A stretch of 64,000 bases of DNA from an uncultured Acidobacteriota bacterium (GTDB taxonomy: Bacteria > Acidobacteriota > UBA6911): assembly GCA_963809485.1 (NCBI GenBank), contig CAWEJX010000008.1, forward strand, positions 128,001 through 192,000, in the 5' to 3' direction. The position numbers and the translations under genes are program-made. Of this stretch, positions 21,391 to 35,046 are shown in pieces. Position 1 is the stretch's first letter. Every line of letters starts with the position of its first letter. The notes beneath the pieces are model-generated. The model saw nothing but the letters and a program-made list of their open reading frames with translations. It made no database searches and was not told the origin of the DNA.

Positions 21391-22917
21391 ATGCCGACCG
21401 ATAACAAGTTGCTCTCGGATTCCGCCTTTCTGGCCTTGCGGTTCACCCTGGCCATGCTCTTAATGTCGGGTCTTCTGCTCGCCATCCGGCAGGCAATCCT
21501 GGTGTTCACAGGCCAGCGCAGCCGGCGCCTGGGTCGAAAGAAGTATGCCTTGATGGCGGGCAACGCACTCATTCTTGCGCTTTCTCTTCTGCTGCGCGAA
21601 CCCATCGCCAGTTTGCTTGGAAAGCTGGGATGGGAAATCGGCCGGATTGTGCCTGTAATCACGGACGTTTGGGTGAGCGGCGTATTGGTCGCAATATTCT
21701 ATACGCTTGCTTCTCTGCTTTCTCTGGTACTGCTGATCCAGATCGTCGGCATGGTGTATTGGTTCTTCGAGGGACGTATGGCAGCTCATGCCGCCGGCGA
21801 GGGCCTTGCCCATAAAACAGGATTAGCGCTAAGCACCTACGTTCTTAAAATACTTTCCTATGCAAATCGGGCTTTCCGTGCGACTGCTCTCGCGCTCTTG
21901 ATTGGTGCCTTTGTTTTCCAGGTCTTTCACCTTTTTAAGGGCACGAAGCCTGTGGTGGATGCGTTCATGGAAAGCCTCGGCACACCCGGCCGAACCGTAA
22001 TCCAGGCAATCCTGAACTATCTTCCCGAACTCGGCTATCTGGCTGTGATAGGCTTTCTGGGATGGGTTTTGCTGAAAATCATCCGGTATACCCTTTATGC
22101 GATCCGTGACGGAACGCTCAGCGTTCCCGGGTTCCAGCCGGAATGGGCTTCGCCGACCTACAAGCTGATTCGAGTCGTGGTTCTGCTGTTTCTCTTGATG
22201 GTAAGCTTTCCCTATCTGCCGGGCGCAGGCTCGCAGTTCTTCCAGGGCTTTTCGGTCTTCGTCGGCGCGCTTGTCACCTTCGGCTCGTCGGGCGCAATCA
22301 ACAACATCATGTCAGGCATTACGCTGACCTATACCAGCGCGTTCCGGCCCGGGGATTTCGTTCGTATCGGCGATACCGTCGGCTTTGTGCGCGAGAGAAG
22401 CCTTTTGGTGACCCGAATCGTCACCGTGCAGAACGAGGCGGTCACGATTCCCAACAGCGCCATCCTTTCGACATCCATTCTCAACTATACGTATCTCGCC
22501 GCTTCGAAGGGACTCGTGCTTGCCGTGAACGCGGGGATCGGTTACGACGTGGACTGGCGCACCGTCCACCGCCTCATGATCGAGGGCGCCCGCAGAACCG
22601 AACACATACTGTCGGATCCGCCCCCATGTGTGTGGCAGACCGAGCTGGGAGATTATGCAGTCTCCTATCAATTGCGCGCCTGGAGCGACAGGGCGGATTT
22701 GATGTTCGAAACCCACTCCGACCTTCGGGCGAATGTGCTGGATGAGTTTAACCGCGCGGGCGTTGAAATCATGACTCCCAGCATTTTTGCCCACCGCGAC
22801 GCCAGCGGCCTTGCAATTCCTCAGCAGCAGTTCCCGGATCGCCCGACACCGCGCGGCATAGCTGTGGATGTCCAAACGATCCCGCCAGAAGGCGATTCTT
22901 CGATCCAACGCTCCTAA
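21391..22917 (+). CDS. mscS: Mechanosensitive channel, MscS family, with extended TM N-terminus
   Basis: NNIMSG...FRPGDFVRIG..G.V, IPNS.I, I.NY, IGYDV and F...GVEI motifs. Confidence 0.87.
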   Translation: MPTDNKLLSDSAFLALRFTLAMLLMSGLLLAIRQAILVFTGQRSRRLGRKKYALMAGNALILALSLLLREPIASLLGKLGWEIGRIVPVITDVWVSGVLVAIFYTLASLLSLVLLIQIVGMVYWFFEGRMAAHAAGEGLAHKTGLALSTYVLKILSYANRAFRATALALLIGAFVFQVFHLFKGTKPVVDAFMESLGTPGRTVIQAILNYLPELGYLAVIGFLGWVLLKIIRYTLYAIRDGTLSVPGFQPEWASPTYKLIRVVVLLFLLMVSFPYLPGAGSQFFQGFSVFVGALVTFGSSGAINNIMSGITLTYTSAFRPGDFVRIGDTVGFVRERSLLVTRIVTVQNEAVTIPNSAILSTSILNYTYLAASKGLVLAVNAGIGYDVDWRTVHRLMIEGARRTEHILSDPPPCVWQTELGDYAVSYQLRAWSDRADLMFETHSDLRANVLDEFNRAGVEIMTPSIFAHRDASGLAIPQQQFPDRPTPRGIAVDVQTIPPEGDSSIQRS

Positions 22918-23046
22918 TTTTGAAACGCTGAAATACGCTGACAAAAGCGCTGACAAACGCCGATTTGTTCGGCGAGGGTCGGCGTAAGTCAGCGTTCAAG
23001 ACCGGCGTAACTCCTCCAACCGCTTTGACCGGTTCACAACTTCAAG
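22911..23046 (+). mobile_element. Internal part of the IS200/IS605-end element, both terminal hairpins lost
   Basis: ttttgaaacgctgaaatacgctgacaaaagcgctgacaaacgccgatttgttcggcgagggtcggcgtaagtcagcg...ccaaccgctttgaccggtt. Confidence 0.85.
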
Positions 23047-23102
23047 TTTACGGATCTGCCAAAGGTCGCCGATTCTCTGTGTATGCACGAGAATTCTCTT
23101 CC

Positions 23103-23502
23103 CTATTTTCCAAATCGCTGTTTTCGGGAATGGGTCCTGGATGAAATATATTGTTTTCCTATGGCAACCATTTCAATTGCGGGCACAAGTTCAAAATAAA
23201 GATCCAATTTGTCAATGAATGACAATGTATTTTGCTCGATGAGTGCGGGTTCCGAGGTAACAAAAAGAAATGGGATCCTGCATCCTCGCGCGCTTAATTC
23301 CTGCATAGCCTGCAGCCCCGTAAGCCGCGGCATCGATATATCGCTGACAATCACATCCGGAAGCAGCGAGACTCGCTTCGTCGACAAGATCTTTGCCGTC
23401 ATGCACGGCCCCGATGATTTCAAAATATCTGCTCAGAAAGGAAATTATCGCCTGGCGCATGAATGGATGGTCTTCCGCAACCATCACCCGCAATTTGTCC
23501 AC
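23103..23502 (-). CDS. Single-domain response regulator (NarL-like receiver), frameshifted
   Basis: RVMVAEDHPFMR in one frame; PDVIVSDISMPRLTGL..FVT..FIDK in the next. Confidence 0.75.
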
Positions 23503-23766
23503 TCCTGTTCACCTCCGGATGTGAAAATCGTTGTCCACCATAGACTATCCGATGGTTCGATCGTCGTCGTTGCGCTGGAGCAATAAAACGGAGGCAAACA
23601 GCAAGAACAAATCGCCGAGGCCTTAGTCTCCGGCAAAACGCTTCCGTAATGCGCAGTTCGCATCCGCTACGGCACCGTTGGACCGGGTGAGTAACGGCCT
23701 GTCAATATTGTCAGTATCCATTGCCGTTCTGATAATGTTACATGTGAGGAACCGGAGGAATTCTTC

Positions 23767-24465
23767 ATGATCGATATCGCCTCGGTGCGACTCTTTGCGG
23801 GGCTGGGAAAGGATGAGGTCAAACTGATTCTGGCCGCCGCAACGAAACGAATCTTCAAAGCGTCCGAAACAATTGTAAGAGCGGAAGAACCTGCGACCTG
23901 CTTGGTGCTGGTGAGGACAGGCTTTGTGAATTTTTACGTCGTCACTGAAAGGGGACAACAGATCCTGGTGCGCCGGTTCGGCCCGGGGAATGCCTTCGGG
24001 ATAGCCTCCTTCCTATCCGAACCTATCGGATATCTGGGGACTGCCTCAGCGGTTCATGAGGTGGATGTCTTCACATGGGGGCACCGGAGCGTCCTTCAAC
24101 TCGCCCGCGCATACCCGCGTTTTCCACAAAACGCTTTCCGGCTTGCGTTGCACTATCTTGCGATATACGCGCAACGCCATGTAAGGCTTGTGTCGGATAC
24201 GGCCCAGGAACGGCTGGCCTATGCACTGACGGATGTGGCCTCCCGGACCGGACAAGTGCTTACGGCCGGGGTGAAAGTTGACATCAGAAACGAAGATCTG
24301 GCCTCCCTTGCCGATGTGAGCTTTTTTACTGTCAGCAGGCTGCTGAAAAAGTGGGATCGCGCCGGAGCCGTCGAGAAAAGCCGCGGCAGAGTTGTCATCC
24401 GGTGTCCTGAAAAGCTGCTTGCCGAAGAGAGTCGAGCTTTTTCAAATGAGCGCGTTGCGGTATAG
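23767..24465 (+). CDS. Crp/Fnr-family regulator (NnrR/DNR-like, no Fe-S cysteine cluster)
   Basis: cNMP-binding-like domain, AQERLA, and HTH EDLASLADVSFFTVSRLLKKW. Confidence 0.88.
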   Translation: MIDIASVRLFAGLGKDEVKLILAAATKRIFKASETIVRAEEPATCLVLVRTGFVNFYVVTERGQQILVRRFGPGNAFGIASFLSEPIGYLGTASAVHEVDVFTWGHRSVLQLARAYPRFPQNAFRLALHYLAIYAQRHVRLVSDTAQERLAYALTDVASRTGQVLTAGVKVDIRNEDLASLADVSFFTVSRLLKKWDRAGAVEKSRGRVVIRCPEKLLAEESRAFSNERVAV

Positions 24466-24577
24466 GTCTATCAACACATACAACCGCGAATCTGCACGAA
24501 TCTATGGGTAACAACGCGCGGGCCGGAAGCCCGAAAATTGCTCGTGCGCAAATCACAGGCTGGCCCGAATAAGTGTA

Positions 24578-25981
24578 ATGATGGGGGGGGAAACTATGAA
24601 TGAAGTGGATTTAGGCTCATCCGAGGCTCTCAGGCAGGCGCGGCTTCAAAGCGACCGGACCCGTATCACTGCAATACTCACGGTCCTTTGTTTGTTGTTC
24701 GTGAGCACACTGTTGCGCGGAATGATCTTTGAGGGCAAGACGGGCAAAGGCATTCTGCCGGTTTTAATAGCTTATTTCGGCATCATGATCGGGTTTGAGT
24801 TCATTATGCTCGGCTGGGTGGGGCGGGTGATGCGGCGGAAAACCGATCTGAGCCGCGCCGATCTTATTCTCAGTGCTTTCGTGGAGACGCTGTTCCCGAC
24901 CGCCGGCGTTATCCTGTTGATCTTGACGGGTATTACCAATCCCTACACAGCCTTGGTTGCGCCGATCGTCCTGACCTATTTTCTGTTCATTGTCTTGTCG
25001 ACGTTGCGACTCAGCCCTATGCTGGCGCGCCTTTCAGGAGTTTTCTGCGCAGCAGAGTACGCGCTGGTCTGTGCCTATGTCTTTATCTGGTATCCGGCCC
25101 CGGTTGTTCGCCAGACAATGCAGCCGGTCGAATATTACGTCGGCAACGCCATCATTATGCTCGCGGCCGGATTCCTTGCGGGCGAAATCGCGCGCCAGAT
25201 CCGATCCCATGTGGGAGCCACCTTGCGCGAAGCACGAACGGTGGAACGCCTCAACGGAGAACTGGAAAGCGCGCGCTTCGTGCAGCAGTCCCTGCTGCCC
25301 CGTGAAACGCCCGAATTGGGCGACTACGACCTCGCCGGGTGGAACAAGCCCGCCGATCAGACAGGCGGCGACTACTACGGCTGGCGCCAACTGGCCGACG
25401 GGAAAACCGTTTTTATGCTCGCGGATGTAACGGGGCACGGGATCAGTTCGGCGCTGATGGCCTCGGCATGCCACGCCTATGTGCAGGCGAGCATCGCGCA
25501 GGATTCCGACCTGGATGCGATCGTCACCCGCATCAACAGGCTGCTCTGCGCCGACCTATCTCCAGGAAAACTCATCACCTTCGTTGCCGGAGTCCTGGAT
25601 CCCGGCACGGGCTCCGTCGATCTCCTCTCCGCGGGACACGCCCCACTGCTCCTCTATTCCGCCGCCGAGGATAAGGTACACAGTTTTGAGGCGCACGGCG
25701 TGCCCTTTGGCATTTTCCGTTCTATGGCCTATGGCCCGGCTCAGAAAATCCGTCTCGCTCCTGGAGACATGCTGGTACTGATCACGGATGGTTTTTTTGA
25801 GTGGACGAATGCAGCGGAAGAAGACTTCGGATTCGAGCGTCTGCACGCCGCAATTAGGAATGCCCGGGGCTTCCGCGCGGCCGACGTCATTTCCGCGCTC
25901 CATTCGGCGGCTGCCGGTTTCGCAAACGGCACTGCGCAACAGGACGATTTGACCGCCGTCGTGCTCAAGCGATTACGATAA
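24578..25981 (+). CDS. Membrane-anchored PP2C/SpoIIE (RsbU-like) phosphatase
   Basis: About 6 TM helices, then GGDYY, ADVTGHG, AGH, TDG..E and DDLT. Confidence 0.88.
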   Translation: MMGGETMNEVDLGSSEALRQARLQSDRTRITAILTVLCLLFVSTLLRGMIFEGKTGKGILPVLIAYFGIMIGFEFIMLGWVGRVMRRKTDLSRADLILSAFVETLFPTAGVILLILTGITNPYTALVAPIVLTYFLFIVLSTLRLSPMLARLSGVFCAAEYALVCAYVFIWYPAPVVRQTMQPVEYYVGNAIIMLAAGFLAGEIARQIRSHVGATLREARTVERLNGELESARFVQQSLLPRETPELGDYDLAGWNKPADQTGGDYYGWRQLADGKTVFMLADVTGHGISSALMASACHAYVQASIAQDSDLDAIVTRINRLLCADLSPGKLITFVAGVLDPGTGSVDLLSAGHAPLLLYSAAEDKVHSFEAHGVPFGIFRSMAYGPAQKIRLAPGDMLVLITDGFFEWTNAAEEDFGFERLHAAIRNARGFRAADVISALHSAAAGFANGTAQQDDLTAVVLKRLR

Positions 25982-26017
25982 GGCGATTTCCTGCAGCCTG
26001 ACCCTCACACTTTGAAT

Positions 26018-26062
26018 GTCTGCGTTTATCAGCGCTTTTGTCAGCGTATGTCAGCGTTACGA
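26018..26062 (-). repeat. Stand-alone CGCTGA repeat tract between convergent genes
   Basis: tctgcgtttatcagcgcttttgtcagcgtatgtcagcgtt matches the element core. Confidence 0.65.
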
Positions 26063-26064
26063 AA

Positions 26065-26475
26065 TCAGGCGTGGCGACGCCGCTTTACGCGCAACTGAAC
26101 CAGGGATCGAACCAGAGACGCGTTGACCGAGGCAACTTCTTCGTCGGATATTTTGTCCAGCAGCCGTGCTGCGGCCCGTTGACGCGCCTCTTCCACCTTG
26201 GCTTCGTCGATTTTGTCAGCGGCAATCGCCATGTCGGTGATAACCGATACATGCGTGCCGGTAACGACCACGAGCCCCTCTCCGACAGCCAGAAGCTCTT
26301 CCTTACCCCCCCGAGTCACGATCATTTCACCCGGAACGAGTTGCGTCATAAGCCGGGTGTGAAAAGGAAGAATCCCAATCTGGCCCTCCACCGCCTCCAT
26401 GGTGACCATCTCCACATCCTGGGAATAAGCTGTTCCGTCCGGAGTAACGATTTCCAATTTTAGCGTATCTGCCAT
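26065..26475 (-). CDS. atpC: F1 ATP synthase epsilon
   Basis: LKLEIVTPDG and GQIGILPFH; last gene of the operon. Confidence 0.93.
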   Translation of the reverse strand: MADTLKLEIVTPDGTAYSQDVEMVTMEAVEGQIGILPFHTRLMTQLVPGEMIVTRGGKEELLAVGEGLVVVTGTHVSVITDMAIAADKIDEAKVEEARQRAAARLLDKISDEEVASVNASLVRSLVQLRVKRRRHA

Positions 26476-26538
26476 GTTTGCCTGCGCGCTGCGCGCCGAA
26501 TGAGAGCCTTCCGGCCTTAGTCCATCGACGCTCGATTT

Positions 26539-28852
<2,314 letters not shown>

Positions 28853-28856
28853 ACGA

Positions 28857-30389
28857 TCACTTCCAGGTCTGTTTGAACTGATCCGTCGCAGCCTTCAACT
28901 CGTCCTTCAAGGCGTCGCTGATTGCTTTTTCATGGGCGATTTTCCGAAGCAACTCGGATTTACGTGTGCTCATGAAATCGGTCAGCTGAGACTGAAACTC
29001 TTTGATCCGGTCCACGGGGACATCGTCCACATAGCCGTTCTGGACTGCCCAGATCACCGCTACCTGTACCTCGACGGGAATCGGGCTATACTGCGGCTGC
29101 TTGAAAAGCTCGATAATACGCTTGCCCCGGTCAATCTGCGCCTGTGTTTTGGAATCAAGCTCCGAGCCGAACTGCGCAAACGCCGCCAGTTCCCGAAATT
29201 GGGCAAGGTCACCCTTGAGCTGCCCGGCAACCTGCTTCATCGCTTTGAGCTGTGCCGCCGATCCGACACGGGAAACCGAGAGGCCGACCGAAATGGCTGG
29301 ACGGATTCCCTGGTAGAACAAGTCCGTTTCCAGATAAATCTGTCCGTCCGTGATCGAAATAACATTTGTGGGGATGTAAGCGGAAACGTCGCCGGCCTGC
29401 GTTTCAATGATGGGTAAAGCCGTGAGCGAACCATTGCCGTACTGCTCCCCGACGCGTGCCGCCCGTTCGAGCAACCGGCTGTGCAGGTAAAATACGTCAC
29501 CGGGATACGCTTCACGGCCCGACGGCCGCTTCAGCACGAGCGAGATCTGCCGGTAGGCGACCGCGTGTTTGGAAAGATCGTCATAGATGATCAGGGCATC
29601 CATCCCGTGGTCCATAAACCATTCGCCCATGGCCGCCCCGGCAAAGGGCGCCAGGTACTGGTTGGCAGCGGAATCGGCAGCAGGAGATGCAAGGATGATG
29701 GTATAAGGCATTGCACCGGCTGCTTCGAGAACGGAAATGATACGGGCGACGGTTGATTGCTTCTGTCCGATGGCAACGTAAATACAGTATAGCGGCCGGA
29801 AATCCTTGTCGCCGGCACCTTCGGCCTCTTTGTTGATACGTGCCTGGTTGATGATGGTGTCGATGCAAATGGTCGTCTTGCCGGTTGCACGGTCCCCGAT
29901 GATCAATTCACGCTGTCCGCGGCCGATAGGAATCATTGCGTCAATGGGCATGATGCCGGTCTGTACCGGCTGGCGGACGGGATTGCGCCGGATGATGCCG
30001 GGAGCGATTTTCTCGACGGGATAGGCAACGTCGCTCTGGATGGGGCCCTTCCCGTCCACCGGATCCCCGAGGGTGTTTACCACGCGCCCCAGCAATCCCA
30101 TGCCAACAGGAACCTGAAGCAGCTTACCCGTCGTGCGCGCTTCATCCCCTTCGTGGAGCTTTGTGTAGTCGCCAAGGATGATCACTCCGACTTCCGTCTC
30201 GTCGAGGTTCAACGCCAGCCCCGTAATTCCATGGCCGAGATCGATCATCTCGTTGAGCATCGCGTCGTCGAGCCCTTCAATCTTAGCCACGCCGTCTGCG
30301 AGCTCGCGGATAATACCGACATTCTGTCTGGCTGTGGTTGCCCTCGCTCCCGTTATCTGAGCCTCGATTTCCTGCAGTAAGTCAGCCAT
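28857..30389 (-). CDS. atpA: F1 ATP synthase alpha
   Basis: [17 protein letters not shown] and [18 protein letters not shown]. Confidence 0.97.
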   Translation of the reverse strand: MADLLQEIEAQITGARATTARQNVGIIRELADGVAKIEGLDDAMLNEMIDLGHGITGLALNLDETEVGVIILGDYTKLHEGDEARTTGKLLQVPVGMGLLGRVVNTLGDPVDGKGPIQSDVAYPVEKIAPGIIRRNPVRQPVQTGIMPIDAMIPIGRGQRELIIGDRATGKTTICIDTIINQARINKEAEGAGDKDFRPLYCIYVAIGQKQSTVARIISVLEAAGAMPYTIILASPAADSAANQYLAPFAGAAMGEWFMDHGMDALIIYDDLSKHAVAYRQISLVLKRPSGREAYPGDVFYLHSRLLERAARVGEQYGNGSLTALPIIETQAGDVSAYIPTNVISITDGQIYLETDLFYQGIRPAISVGLSVSRVGSAAQLKAMKQVAGQLKGDLAQFRELAAFAQFGSELDSKTQAQIDRGKRIIELFKQPQYSPIPVEVQVAVIWAVQNGYVDDVPVDRIKEFQSQLTDFMSTRKSELLRKIAHEKAISDALKDELKAATDQFKQTWK

Positions 30390-30474
30390 GTGTCTTTCAC
30401 CTCGATTTATTTGCCGCCAGGACTAAAGTCCAATCCGTATGGAAACTCTGCCGATTCCAGTGGCGAAACTGGAA

Positions 30475-30869
30475 CTAAAAACTTTTTTCCAGCTCGTCCA
30501 ATCCGGCTCTCACGCTGCGGTCATACACATCACTGCCGACTTTGATGCGCATTCCCCCGATCAGCGCCGGGTTGAGTGCGAAGGACGCGCTTATTCCCGG
30601 ACCGTATCGCCGCGCCAGGTCGGCCTGGATTCTTGCACGCAATTCGTCCGGCAATGCGTGTGACGCTCTCGACTTCGGCGGAGTGCCGGACCAGGTCCAG
30701 TTTCACCAGGTAGAGAAAGTGATGCAGGAGTGCCTGGCTGCCTCGCCGCCTGGCCTCCAATAATTCTATGGGCCACCTGCCGGACACGGGACGCATCCAA
30801 CAATCCGTCTACGAAGCACAAACGGAACAGCCGCTTGGCATCACGCTTTGTTTGCTTGGCAGTTTTCAT
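30475..30869 (-). CDS. atpH: F1 ATP synthase delta (short, about 130 aa), two frameshifts
   Basis: MKTAKQTKRDAKRLFR..., ...AEVESV..., ...NPALIGGMRIKVGSDVYD.SV; lies between atpF and atpA. Confidence 0.8.
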
Positions 30870-30881
30870 ACTGTATTACTT

Positions 30882-31463
30882 TCACATTGTCACTGAACCG
30901 TCAGCTGCTCTGGCTGTTTCTTCAGCGAGCCTTTTTTGGTCTTCCGGAGTCAGTATCTTGCCGGTGACCCTGGTGGTGGTTTGCACAACCAACCGCCCAA
31001 TCTCACGCTTGAGGTCCGCGAGCATCTGTGCGTAATCCTGCGCCGCCGCCTCGCGCGCTTTCGCCAGGATTTGCTCGGCGGCCGCAATGGCCTTTTGGGA
31101 TTCCTGTTCCTGGAGGCGCACAGCCACAGCGCGAGCTTCCTCGATGAGCCGGGTTGCCTCGGCATTGGCCTGCATCATCAATTCCCGCCGTTGGGCTTCG
31201 GTCCGCGCCAGCTCGACTTTGATTTTCTCAGTGTCGGCCAGGCTTTGCGCAATCTGCCGACGCCTCTCGTCCAGCATTTTGAGGATTGGCCGATAGGCAA
31301 ACCGGTAAAGGATAAAGCAAACAATACAGAAACTGATGATCTGAGCGATCAAATTGGGCCAGTCCACCCCGAAAGTCGTAACAATCCGCTCGGGGCGTTC
31401 GGTGCTAATTTGCGCCGCCAACAATAGAACGTTCATGCTCATACACTCGCATTCTGCGGGCAC
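30882..31463 (-). CDS. atpF: Fo subunit b
   Basis: One TM helix, PILKMLDERR, then a coiled coil; true start is probably near 31442. Confidence 0.92.
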   Translation of the reverse strand: MPAECECMSMNVLLLAAQISTERPERIVTTFGVDWPNLIAQIISFCIVCFILYRFAYRPILKMLDERRRQIAQSLADTEKIKVELARTEAQRRELMMQANAEATRLIEEARAVAVRLQEQESQKAIAAAEQILAKAREAAAQDYAQMLADLKREIGRLVVQTTTRVTGKILTPEDQKRLAEETARAADGSVTM

Positions 31464-31499
31464 TGCATCATCAACAGCTGCGCCCAGCGAAGTTCCACT

Positions 31500-31688
31500 T
31501 TATCGAACCAGGAACAATGCATAAAACACGATCGCTTCAGCGAAGGCAATGGCCAGAATCGACTGGATCAGAATCTTTGTTGAGGCGCTGGGATTGCGTC
31601 CCACCGCTTCCGAAGCCTTCATACCGATCAGACCAACCGCCAAAGCCGCGCCTAGTGCTGCCAAAGCAATGTGTAAGCTTCCGCTCAT
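31500..31688 (-). CDS. atpE: Fo subunit c (62 aa)
   Basis: Helical hairpin with GRNP loop and conserved Glu in AFAEAI; GAAAGG RBS before ATG 31688. Confidence 0.88.
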   Translation of the reverse strand: MSGSLHIALAALGAALAVGLIGMKASEAVGRNPSASTKILIQSILAIAFAEAIVFYALFLVR

Positions 31689-31750
31689 AGAATCACCTTT
31701 CTTTCCCGCCGGCTCCCGCGACTGAACACGGTCAAGCCGCTGAAAAATCC

Positions 31751-32729
31751 TCATTCAACGTGTGCGGTCGTGTGTCCTTCTCCTTCATGCTGGCAAATCA
31801 GCAGAGTGAAGACGGCCGTTAACAACATAAAAACCATCGCCTGAACCAAACCCATCAGCAATTCCAGGAAATAAAAAGGAATCGGCACCAACCATCCCAA
31901 TCCGGGAACGAGCCTGGCCATGGCTTCCAACATGTTCTCGCCGGCAAAGATGTTGCCATAGAGACGAAAACTGAGGGAGATGGGCCGGAACAAAATCGAA
32001 ACCAATTCCAATAGGCCGGCCGCGAAGAAAACGACCACCAGAAGCACTTTTAGCAGTCCTTCCGATTCCCCCTTTGGGCGCAAACAGCTCTTTTACAAAG
32101 CCGATCGGGCCAATTTCCTGGAGAGCCCAGACGATCCAGCAGGCAAAAAATACCAAAGCCATGGCAAAAGTCAGATTCACATCGGCGTTGGCCCCACGGA
32201 AAAATGGCTGGTCGATCTTGAAACCATGAGCGGTTTGATGCCCCCACCCGATGGTTCCCACTCCGGGAATTAGGCCCGCCCAATTAGTCGCAAGAATAAA
32301 AATGAAAATAGTCGCAAAAAACCAGAAGGTCTTCCGGACCAGATGCGGTCCGAGGATTCCCTCCAGAAAACCGTAGAGGCCTTCCACAAGCCATTCCAGG
32401 AAATTCTGCGCTCCTTCGGGAACCTGCTTCATCTTCCGCGTAGCGTACTGGGCAAAAAGGATCAGGAACAAAGCCACGATCCATGAAACGACCATGGAAT
32501 TTGTAATAGGAAAGCCCAAAGGGCGCGCAATCTCCACCGCCGCTTGCGGCAGGCCATGCTCCTCCTCCGCCGCGGCACTCGCGGATGTTTCGGATCCAGC
32601 CTCCGTGGCCGCACTCGCTGCGAACATCGAGCCGGCGCTCAGTCCTATAAAAAAGAGGATGGCAAGGAGCAGTAGCGCCAGCCCGGGGCTCACGCTGAGC
32701 CGTATCCCGCAGCCGGCTATTTTCGGCAA
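31751..32729 (-). CDS. atpB: Fo subunit a, frameshift near 32075
   Basis: ITNSM, P.GAQN..E, FI...NW.GLIPG; then RPISLSFRLYGNIFAGE and QA.VF.LLT. Confidence 0.92.
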
Positions 32730-32959
32730 AGCTCGTCGCAGACCAATCCCGCAATCCCGGATTTCCAGAGCATCGCCCGCGATGGCGGTTACGGCTGGTG
32801 CCGCACACCCGCTCGCGCAATCGCGTCAGCATCAGGTTATCATCTGACTTCGCCCTTCCATCTGCCCTGAATCCTTGAATTGTCACTGCGGTTGGTTTCA
32901 TCTTCGTTTCTCAGGCTGTAAAGAAAAGACCGGTTTTCTTCAAGTTATCGATTTTTGAC

Positions 32960-32973
32960 TTGAACGGCATCAA
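32960..32973. promoter_or_regulatory. FNR/DNR-like box in the divergent atp/DUF3300 promoter region
   Basis: TTGAAcggcATCAA is one mismatch from TTGAT-N4-ATCAA; a second palindrome TGAC-N6-GTCA lies at 32987-33000. Confidence 0.4.
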
Positions 32974-33115
32974 GAATTACATTCGCTGACGATCAAGTCA
33001 CCTGTCATTTTTAACAGTCCAACACCCGGCGCCGAGAAGATACAATTTTCAGGCGGTGCACCGGAAGGCATACATTATTTATATAGATGGGATCTGCGCA
33101 TCAGGAGGTGGCAGC

Positions 33116-35023
33116 ATGAAAGTCAAACAAATAGTGTCGTCAGGGCTACGGATGATCCTTGCGGCTTTATTGCTGTTTCCGCCGGGTTCCCTTCAAGCGC
33201 AGCAGGACAAAATCGCTGCCTTCAAACAAGAGTTGGCCCAGAACAAGAAGCGGCTGGCCCAGTACGAATGGACTGAAACCACGATTATCAGTATGAAGGG
33301 TGAAGAAAAGTCCCGGGTTCAGAAACATTGCTACTATGGTCCGGACGGGAAAATTCAGAAACAGCAGATCAGCGCACCCGCTCAGCAAAAATCTCCGGGC
33401 GGACTCAAAGGAAAGGCTGCCGCCAAAAAGAAGGGGGAGATCACTGAGTATATGCAACAGGCAGCCGCCCTGATCCATAGCTATGTGCCGCCGGAGGCCG
33501 ACCGCGTTCAGGCTGCCCGGGATTCGGGAAAGCTCTCTTTCGTTCCGATGGGCCAGGGTTCGGTCCGGCTGGATTTTCATGATTTTATGAAGCCGGGCGA
33601 CAGCATGGCCTTCACTATCGATAAGCAAAAGTATGCAATCCAGAACATCAATGTGAAATCCTACCTGGATGACAAGGAGGACGCGGTCACTTTGGATGTC
33701 GGTTTCGCGGCCCTCAATGATGGCACCAGCTATGTGTCGAAGGCTGTGGTCAACGCGCCAGCAAAAAAAATCCAGGTTGTGGTCCAGAACTCCAATTACC
33801 AGAGGATGGCTGCCGTTGAAGTGGGGCAGCCACCACCCCAGCAACCGCAAGTCCAAGCAGGCGCGCCGCAGCAGGGGCAGACACTGACGCCGCAACAGAT
33901 CGACACTTTGACGGCACCCATTGCCCTTTACCCGGATGCACTCCTGGCTCAGATCTTTACCGCATCGGTCAACTTTATCGAGCTGCAATCGTTCGCGGAT
34001 TGGATGGGGAAGAACTCCAATCTGACCGGCAGCTCGCTTCAGGACGCTGCGCAGAAAGCGGGGTACGATGCTTGTCTCGTGGCGCTCGCCCCATTCCCCC
34101 AGGTTGTCCAGATGATGATTCAGAAGCCGGACTGGACCCAGCAGATCGGCAAGGCATTTGCGGCAAACCGCAGCGCCGTCTTCGATTCCATTCAGCGGCT
34201 GCGGGCACAAGCGCAAGCCAAGGGCAATTTGCAAACCACGGAACAGCAGGAAGTCAAGACTCAAACGACTTCCGGCGGGCAGGAGGTAATCGTTATTCAA
34301 CCTGCGAATCCCCAGGTGATTTATGTGCCCCAATACAATCCGCAGGTCGTATATGTCCAGTCTGCTCCCCCTCCTTCTGCCGCTTCATCGGCGGCCGGCG
34401 CAGCCCTGGTAGGATTCACCGCCGGCATCATCATTGGGGCTGCAGCCAGCAATAACTATTATCACGGACCCTATGGCTGGCATGGCGCTTCCATGTACAA
34501 CGAATTTTGGGAAGATCGTTATGATGCTGCGGAAGATCTCCAGGAGAACCGGCAGGAGTATATGAATGAGCGCCAGGAGAATTACCAGCAGAATTCAGCC
34601 GATCGACAGTCCTCGGCGCAAGCCAATCAGGCTAACCGGCAGGCCGGCGCCCAAAGTGCCCAGCCCAGTGCGCAAGCCGGCCAGGCGCAGCGCCAGTCCT
34701 CGGCTCAAGCCACCCAGACCAGCCAGGCTAATCGTCAGACCAGCGCGCAAACGGGTCAGACGCAGCGACAGACCGGCGCCGGCGCAACACAGAGCAGCCG
34801 ACAGGCACAGGCAGTTCAATCTCAGAGCGCCGCAAGCGCTTCGAGCCGGACCAGCGGACAATCTGCATCGCAGCGAAGCGGCATGAGCTCGGGTGGCTTT
34901 TCAGGCTATCAAAGCGGCTCAGCCACGGCATCGCAAAGCAAACGAGGAAACAGCAGCCTTTCCTCCAGCCGGAGCAGCCGAAGCAGCGGAGGCGGCCGCA
35001 GTCGGGGCAGTCGCAATAGATGA
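33116..35023 (+). CDS. Secreted DUF3300 protein with extra N-terminal domain and Q/S/R-rich tail
   Basis: AGGAGG RBS, signal peptide, L.APIALYPDALLAQI and I.IQPANPQVIYVPQYNP motifs. Confidence 0.85.
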   Translation: MKVKQIVSSGLRMILAALLLFPPGSLQAQQDKIAAFKQELAQNKKRLAQYEWTETTIISMKGEEKSRVQKHCYYGPDGKIQKQQISAPAQQKSPGGLKGKAAAKKKGEITEYMQQAAALIHSYVPPEADRVQAARDSGKLSFVPMGQGSVRLDFHDFMKPGDSMAFTIDKQKYAIQNINVKSYLDDKEDAVTLDVGFAALNDGTSYVSKAVVNAPAKKIQVVVQNSNYQRMAAVEVGQPPPQQPQVQAGAPQQGQTLTPQQIDTLTAPIALYPDALLAQIFTASVNFIELQSFADWMGKNSNLTGSSLQDAAQKAGYDACLVALAPFPQVVQMMIQKPDWTQQIGKAFAANRSAVFDSIQRLRAQAQAKGNLQTTEQQEVKTQTTSGGQEVIVIQPANPQVIYVPQYNPQVVYVQSAPPPSAASSAAGAALVGFTAGIIIGAAASNNYYHGPYGWHGASMYNEFWEDRYDAAEDLQENRQEYMNERQENYQQNSADRQSSAQANQANRQAGAQSAQPSAQAGQAQRQSSAQATQTSQANRQTSAQTGQTQRQTGAGATQSSRQAQAVQSQSAASASSRTSGQSASQRSGMSSGGFSGYQSGSATASQSKRGNSSLSSSRSSRSSGGGRSRGSRNR

Positions 35024-35046
35024 GATCAGATAGGTCCGTAAATAAT

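Noticed and set aside
34560-35020. Q/S-rich tail of the DUF3300 gene as a DNA tandem repeat
   Set aside because: It is low-complexity coding sequence with no exact nucleotide repeat unit.
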